Origin: Lepidodermella squamata
Taxonomy: Eukaryota > Animalia > Gastrotricha
NCBI GenBank assembly: GCA_047495785.1
Contig: JBLDXI010000024.1
Span: 1,054,001-1,118,000, forward strand
Reading direction: 5' to 3'
Length of the DNA stretch: 64,000 bases
Shown here: piece by piece, positions 57,090 to 64,000 of the stretch
How positions within the stretch are numbered: position 1 is the first letter of the stretch
Layout of the letters: each line of letters starts with the position of its first letter
Position numbers and translations under genes: made by a program
The notes under the pieces: generated by a model
The model's database searches: none
What the model was told of the DNA's origin: nothing
Seen by the model: the letters and a program-made list of their open reading frames with translations, nothing else

Positions 57090-58255
57090 ATGTGGCAGCC
57101 TATATTATTGGTTACAGTGATATTCCCATCAATTCTGAGGGCAAAGGATAACCTATTAGGACTTGATACCTGTGGCAAAGCGGCATCGCCGAGTTATATC
57201 GTTCATGGAACAGCCGCCAAGACGTCAACATATCCTTGGAGTGTTAGGATAATGCAAAAGTAACGATCATTTCACTCCTTCAATTTTTTGTTATTAACGA
57301 CTTTTTAAGGTGTATCGAAGGCGAAATGCAAGAAGACTTTATCTCGACATGCGGCGCTACAATGGTGGCGAAAAATACCTTCATAACAGCTGGCCATTGC
57401 CTCGGCTGGGCGGTTGATACCTACTCAATCGAAACCATGCCTGATGACAAGACGTGTTTCGTCCATTTGAAAACAACTAAATTGATTAAGGCGAAAAAGC
57501 CCTATCGCCACTACTACATTTTGAGGCCTGAATTCGTTCGAATTAGCGTATTCGATGATCGATATCTCAAGGTTACAGAACTCGAACCGAACGAGGACTT
57601 TAAGGTTGTCGATCAAAAGGCTCACATCGACGTGCATGATATTGTCATAATTCGAACGGCTAATTCAAATTTAGGCGATAAGGTTAAACTTATTCCGGTT
57701 TGCCTGCCGAAAAAATTTGTCGAATATGACAAATTGATGGATGACGAATGTCACGTAGCGTCTTGGGGCGCGACTAGCAACGAAAAAAAGGCGGCTAGTC
57801 GTAAACTTATGGTTGGCATGCTGCCTATTCAGGCGGTTGAGCGGTGTTTCGACGAACTTGGCCCGTTGCCAACAGCTTTTGTCAACGCCTCGCGCAATTT
57901 GATGTGCGCGGGTCGTGGCAATGATACAGCTGATACTTGCAACGGCGATTCAGGAGCTGGGCTCGTGTGTTATGATAGTAAGGCGAAGAAGCATTTCCTG
58001 CAGGGTGTCACATCGTTCGGCCATCGAATTTGCGGCTCGCGACCGGCTATTTACGCTCGGGTTAACAAATACCTGAACTGGCTGCGGCAGAGTATCTTGG
58101 CAACGCCTGAAGCTAGGAAATTGCTGAGAGCGAAAATGTCGAATAATGGAACGGATGAAGTTGGCGGGAAAAATTCATCTATACAGCACTTCGGAAATCT
58201 ATCGCTGCTACACAATTTCATTTTAAATTTGCTGATAATGTCTCGAATTTTTTGA
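57090..58255 (+). CDS. S1A serine protease, probably GPI-anchored
   Basis: Signal MWQPILLVTVIFPSILRA; CG..SYIVHG..YPW; TAGHC, HDIVI, DTCNGDSGAG; hydrophobic C-terminus; intron at about 57260-57309. Confidence 0.88.
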
Positions 58256-58968
58256 GAAAAAAATATTGGAAATTATTAGCTTTCGATCTTTCACCTTCAT
58301 ATGAAACTTTCGGCAGTCAATTTTTTTATGTTTTTATTTGTTTAATTTAATTATTAATTTCGGCAAAACTCAATTAGGTTGAGAACTTGTCCACGTTGAA
58401 ATGTCTTTTTATTTTGCTATGTAATTATTGGATTAGTTAACAAGTCCACAAGTGGGTTCTAATCTGATAATCTCTCAACTACTGCGGATTATTCTGTTTT
58501 ACTGCGAAACATGCAAATAGGTTTTCAGACATATTTCCAGGCACCAATGCGGGGATACATTCAAATGACAATGCGTGGCAGAATTCGATGTTTTTCCAGT
58601 ACAAGTCAATCCTAATATTATAATATCCGGGAGATGTTGACGTGAAAAAAATATTTTTCAGTTTTTTGCATTATTTTTGCATTGATTTTGTATGGTAGCC
58701 GGTATAAAAAAACGCTGCCGCACCTTGTGCGCAAATTTTTGACCAGGAAATGAATTCGGAGCTCATATTGACTTCCGAATTGACTCATGAAACGCGTCAG
58801 GACGTGGGCAAAAAATTGCTATATTGGCTTCATCTAATATTAGTATCAATGAAAAAAAAATTCCAAATCAATCTTAGTGCGTGTAAGTGGGCGTGTAAGT
58901 TCCAATACCTCGTCACTTGCAGTTTTTGTCCTAAGCTAAGACCACTCCTACAAAGCCATACACGCATC

Positions 58969-59460
58969 ATGGTCAGAATAGCTCGGCTGATTTCAGCCGT
59001 AGCTTTACTCTACGTATCTGAATGCGCGGTGTCACTGACTCTTAATCCAAGAAAATTATTGGCATCAACTAACGCAGCGAAAAATACAGATAATAACACC
59101 AAGCTCGAAAATCTCAGTAAGCCTTAGTTTTGATAAATTTCAAAAGAAAATATGTTCGTCTTCAGAGAACTTTGTCCGAGCCGTTTTCGAGCAACGCGAT
59201 GCTGAATCGTTGAAGCAATTATTGGAAAAATATCAAAAAATTCATCGCAAAAAGAAGCTACTAGAATGCACTAAAAAGCTCAAATATACCCCGCTATGCA
59301 AAGGTCAAGTGCCCTTCTTCATCTGGGGTGAGTCCCATTTTTATTCCTGCCGAATAATCTTTCAATTGCCTCTTTAACAGCTCAACTAAGTGCCCGGAAA
59401 ATGGCTAATCCGTACAAGAATCGCGGATTAACGGACGAGCAATTAATTAATAGCGCCTAA
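58969..59460 (+). CDS. small secreted protein with C-x9-C loop, paralog A (3 exons)
   Basis: MVRIARLISAVALLYVSECAVS...|KNFVRAVFEQRDAESLKQLLEKYQKIHRKKKLLECTKKLKYTPLCKGQVPFFIW|AQLSARKM; phase-1 GT-AG introns. Confidence 0.7.
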
Positions 59461-59909
59461 TTTAATTAATGCTGATTAAGTGTTGTGGTCTTACGACACC
59501 CTCGAAATAAACAGCATTATTTTGAAGAGATTTCATGTAATTGGATATATTGATCAAAGTCAATCAGGTGTTTCCTATAGTAGTGACCACGCTAGCACGA
59601 TTCATCATGATCCTTTTCTGACGCGAAAAAAACGCGTTTTTAAGTCTTCAAATAATATGCATTAATTTCGGGTTATTTCACTGTACGGGGCAAATCAATA
59701 AGTACGTGCGAAAAAAATACTGTCGGAAATTCGACAAATAAGTGCGAAACGGCTTAACGTGGACGGTAGAGCTCTCACGGCTTAATTTAGACGCAGTATA
59801 AATGAAGCCCGCGCGGGTTCATAACTTAAATCACTTGACCATCAATTGGCATTTGCCAGTATAAAGTTATTGCGATACCCCGCGAGACATTTCATTTTCA
59901 CAGAAAATA

Positions 59910-60372
59910 ATGTCGAATTTCGCTGTGCGAATTTTCGTTATGCTAGCCATACTGCTCAGTCTTTTCGATTGCATTGTATGCAGAAGAAACCGATCTCAAC
60001 GCGCTGTGAAGATGGATGAACCTTTTCAAAACCCGACCAGAGTCGATAAGACAAGTTCGCTTAATATTTCACGTTTTTACTGTAATTTAATTAACATTTG
60101 TTTTGTTATTTAAGAGGAAAGAATCTTGCGCTTGCTCGAACAGGGAAATTTCGAGAAGCTGATACCCCTTGCGAAAGCTGCTCATAAAGCTGAAGAGAAG
60201 GCGCGACTCGACAGGTGCGTGGCGATATTCAAATCCCGAGCCATTTGCCGTAATCAACTTCAGTTTTACTTGAGAGGTTCGTTTTTTTCAAATTATCGAA
60301 AATTTAATGACAGTTTTACTTTTAATTTCAGCTCAAATGGAGGCGAAAAAAGTTATGGATGGTTTTACCTAA
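59910..60372 (+). CDS. small secreted protein with C-x9-C loop, paralog B (3 exons)
   Basis: MSNFAVRIFVMLAILLSLFDCIVC...|ERILRLLEQGNFEKL...RLDRCVAIFKSRAICRNQLQFYLR|AQMEAKKVMDGFT; same exon layout as paralog A. Confidence 0.68.
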
Positions 60373-60766
60373 AAGTCGTTGTAGCCTCATTTTTCATTTC
60401 TCAATGTTCACTTATTTTTTCGAAGCTAACCATTTTCTTACAATTAAACAAATCTTAAAAATTAGATAAAAGTTAACAATAAATAATTTGAATCCTTGCC
60501 TTTGTTCCTTTGTTTATTTCTTATTTTTTATTTACAATAATAAAACTAATATAATAGAGCAAGAGCGAATAGTTTTAGCTCACTTCCATTACATGGGAGC
60601 TGCTAGCTCAGTAGTCTAAAGCCTGGTACCCCCGCTGTCTCGCCTTCGGTCTCGCCAGACGACATTACCCTGAAAACGAATGGATGATTTAAATGCGGGA
60701 ATATACGTGGAATTCGACCGAGATCCAGGATTATAATTAAATAACTCGAACTACAAACATCAGGTG

Positions 60767-61186
60767 ATGATGATTGTTTTGCTGCTGCCGATCTGTATGG
60801 CTTCTATGGCTGAGTCTTGCACTGTCTCCTACAGCACAAGATACGTACCGATAAACATGACAATTCCATTAGGGTTTTTGCAGCAAGTGACATCGTCCAC
60901 GGCTACGACAACTGCTCAGCCTATTACAGTTGCTACAACGACTACGACCGATGCGACGACTTCTACTCAAACTCCGACGACAACGGTAACAACAGCAACA
61001 ACAGCAACAACAACAACTGCGACAACGACTACAACGACGATGATAACAACTCCAACCCAGCCGGTTGAATCGACAACAACCGTAACTCAGGAGCCCACGC
61101 CGGTGACAACGCCTAGCACTCTTACTACTTCAACGATCGAAACTGTCGAAAAAGCTAAGCGGAGAAGGACCCGAAATTTCCAGTGA
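60767..61186 (+). CDS. small secreted Thr-rich mucin-like protein
   Basis: Hydrophobic N-terminus MMIVLLLPICMASMA, long poly-Thr tract, basic C-terminus. Confidence 0.55.
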   Translation: MMIVLLLPICMASMAESCTVSYSTRYVPINMTIPLGFLQQVTSSTATTTAQPITVATTTTTDATTSTQTPTTTVTTATTATTTTATTTTTTMITTPTQPVESTTTVTQEPTPVTTPSTLTTSTIETVEKAKRRRTRNFQ

Positions 61187-62211
61187 CAATTAAACTGCTA
61201 TATAAATGCTATAGATATTTCCAGTTTGACGAAAACTTATTAATTCCCCTGTCATTTTTTATATTATTTGTCTATTTTTACTTTATTTTTATTTTTACTT
61301 TACAAATTATGAATCATCACTTTGCAAAAAATGCAGCGATGATTCATAATTATTAGCTCTTGTTCACACAAAGCTTGATTAAAACGGCGGAGCTTACGGT
61401 TTCGAACGCAAATAAAATAATGCGCCCCCTGTTTGCCTAATTCGATAGGACATATTTTATGTTGGAATGCCAGCAGATGTTATAAGTTTACAGCGTGTCC
61501 CATACGTGTCCCATGCGAGCAAAGAAAATACACCGAAAATGGCTCAGAAACTCTAAAATGAGAGACGGAGTCACTTGTCAGAACAATTTTAGGAAAATTC
61601 GTCTAAAAATAGCTTATTAATGGGATTAAAAAATTCCGGAGAAATTTGGTCCAATCGGGTAAAATACCGAAAATAACCGAACCGGTTACCATCCATGTTT
61701 TCCTAGATTTCCTCGGTAAATATTTTATTTCTTTCGTTAAATCACGGATACAAGCTGAAATGCTCCCTCCGTAGGTTTAGTTCAAAAAATTAGTTGAATT
61801 TTCTTCACAAATTTGCCAAATTAAAAAATAGTTGCGCAACTTCTGGGACACGCAGTATGTCCATAATTGGATGGAATAGTCAAACCAAGTTTTTGTAGTG
61901 CAATTTCAAGTTGAATGGTTGAAATGCACCAAGTCGGGTGCAAAATGCGAAAAAAACAAAACAAAAGAAACGTAAATAAAATGTAGTTAACGCAGTTTAA
62001 GCACGAAACGTTATTAACGAAGAGAGCCGTCACGTTTAAAAAACCTAACCGGTGGCTATGACGTCAATGGGGCCTGTTTTTGATGGCGCCAACTCGATTC
62101 AAGTGCAATTTGGCGGCTATTTAAAGGCCTATACAGCCATGCTCAAATCACTTCGCTTTTTCACCTTCAAATTACTATTTCATCACAAGTCCTTCAGCAG
62201 AACTCGGAGAA

Positions 62212-62597
62212 ATGGCGTCTTTTCTTCATTTTACGCTACTTGTTGCTTTCGGTGCCTTGTTGGTTCTGGCTATGTGCGACGCGTTGCCTAATGCTAAGAT
62301 TTCTGGCTCCGAAAACGCGACACTTAGCGAGGTAACAATAATAAATACGCATTCGTTTATTCTTTCTATATTCCATTTTGCTATTCGCAGACCATTTTCT
62401 CGAGGCAGAAGAGAGGTGCATCGGCGATTTACGACTGTAACCGGCATGGCTATTGCTGGGGCTCTTGCGGCTGGAGCATTGATAACTGGTGCTGGCTTAA
62501 CGTTCGCCGTTGCGGCAATGCCAACGACTGCAACCCGTCGGCTGACTGCCGCGGCAACTGCAATCCTCATGGTGATAGATACAACGACACGCCTTGA
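62212..62597 (+). CDS. secreted 8-cysteine peptide precursor (CWxxC...WC pattern, Tha p 2-like / defensin-like)
   Basis: Signal MASFLHFTLLVAFGALLVLAMCDA; intron 62332-62390; FSRQKR; mature GASAIYDCNRHGYCWGSCGWSIDNWCWLNVRRCGNANDCNPSADCRGNCNPHGDRYNDTP. Confidence 0.8.
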
Positions 62598-63029
62598 GTC
62601 CGTGACACGCCTTATGTGATCGTCCGAAAATTGAACAAAAAAGATAATATAACTTCTCACGAGACTCTATGAAATGTTCAAATAAATTATCGCGGCTTTA
62701 TTTTATTCCGAAATTATATCCAACATTCAACATAGCAATTCTTAGAGGCTTGAAACCACGTATTACAAAACTTCGAAGTAGGCGTCGGCTGACAGCAGGT
62801 TTATTATTTTATTTTTATTTTTATTTGAAAGCTCATACGCCCAAGAGAGGGCAGCTTGGCAGCTTCCGATGTTGGTAGTTAAGGCGACCCATAACTATCA
62901 AGCAATATATCCGAGAGCACTTTAAACTGTGACGCGTACATAGAATCGACGAGCATGTTTCGCGCTTAAAAACTTTGTTTGCCAAGCCAGGCCGCGATTG
63001 GCTCTCCCGTGTCCGATGATGATAAACTT

Positions 63030-63830
63030 CTAGCTCCACGTCTAGAGTGCATCCTAAATTTTGGCACGCATTGACTGCTATCGAAACCGCCAATGAAGAT
63101 TCAATAGCCCTGGATAAACTATATCAGGGATTAATGGCCGAGGAATGACGCCTTGATCTCCGGTCGGGATCGAAGACAGTCGGGGAAGGATCGCCTGCTT
63201 CAGATGTTGCCACAGCACTACGTGATACCTATTCACGCAAATTGAATAGTAATTGCAATTTTTGCGGAATCTTCGGGCACAAAAAACAGACTGTTAGAAG
63301 AAAAAGTCCACTCCAAATCGAGAAACCGAAATAATTACCAAAATTGTAACCAAAATTCGTGCGGCAAGAGCAGTACAGTGGGTATACCAAAATCCCACAC
63401 ACCCCTGCCCCCCTCCCCCACCCTCACCCCCGATCTTCATATTGGTTAAAAAATTCTATTTCCAAAGTTGATTGGATCATCATCCAGATCATCATCCAGA
63501 ATGCCGTTGAAGGATGCAGAAAAGCATTCAAAGAAACTGTTGACAATAGCAGCCAAGACCATAAGTCTACCATAATTCGTTCACCAAAGACGATCATCAT
63601 TTCCACCCATAATCCGGAACATCCGCATCAAGCTCCTGGTTCCATAAGAATCCCGTAGTGCTGCTTAGTATGAAAGTCGCAGATTGACTTTCAACGCTTG
63701 CAGAGGGCTGTGGTTTCGAATTCAATCGGCACTAAAACAAGGCTATTAGGAAAGCTGACATATTAGCTTCCATAAAATCCGTTCTTTCCATCTGAAGAAA
63801 CCGAGAATTCGCCAGGTTAGAATAATCTCA
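63030..63830 (+). mobile_element. degenerate Ty1/copia LTR retrotransposon gag-protease remnant
   Basis: PKFWHALTAIET...LDKLYQGLMAEE*; frameshifted zinc knuckle CNFCGIFGHKK-DC; DWII; KVAD*LSTLAEGCG; stops and frameshifts; boundaries approximate. Confidence 0.55.
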
Positions 63831-64000
63831 ACAAATCCCAGCTAACATGAGGACTTAAACATTCAAGACCTCAGCCAGACCACTTGCTGAAGACAAATTT
63901 GCCAGTAGCGTGCAAAGAACAACGACATTTCTCGGAACTCCGCGTTTATTGAAAAACGCCAAAAAATGTCTACAGTGGAATCTAGTCGCGGCCTGGTTGG

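Noticed and set aside
60594-60670. tRNA A-box-like TAGCTCAGTAGTCTAAAGC with downstream hairpin
   Set aside because: No B box, T arm or acceptor stem; cannot fold as a tRNA

Overview
Gene-dense eukaryotic (invertebrate animal) genomic DNA with many short (about 45-60 bp) GT-AG introns, so most listed ORFs are exon fragments and I reassembled the gene models by hand. The species cannot be determined from the sequence. Protein-coding content: six CUB-domain single-pass membrane protein genes, two ankyrin-repeat paralogs (one predicted secreted, 2xSushi plus ankyrin), three tandem RDH11/12-like SDRs, a Ly6/three-finger-like precursor, two intronless pentameric ligand-gated ion channels lacking the Cys-loop disulfide (one pseudogenised by a 600-bp palindromic Ginger-like transposon), two serine proteases, two SLC46-like transporters, two NCLX-like exchangers, a RING-coiled-coil-Hsp70 fusion and several small Cys-containing secreted peptides. 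Non-coding content: a Pol III cluster (tRNA-iMet, tRNA-Thr(CGT), 7SL RNA with a non-GNRA helix-8 loop), a possible intronic Pol III RNA, MITEs and a copia remnant. The strongest candidate for an undescribed system is a 7-kb cluster of seven co-oriented secreted, furin-processed, Tyr/His/Pro/Trp-rich peptide genes (30.6-37.5 kb), which look like an adhesive, sclerotising or biomineral protein toolkit. The secreted Sushi-ankyrin protein and the RING-Hsp70 fusion come next.
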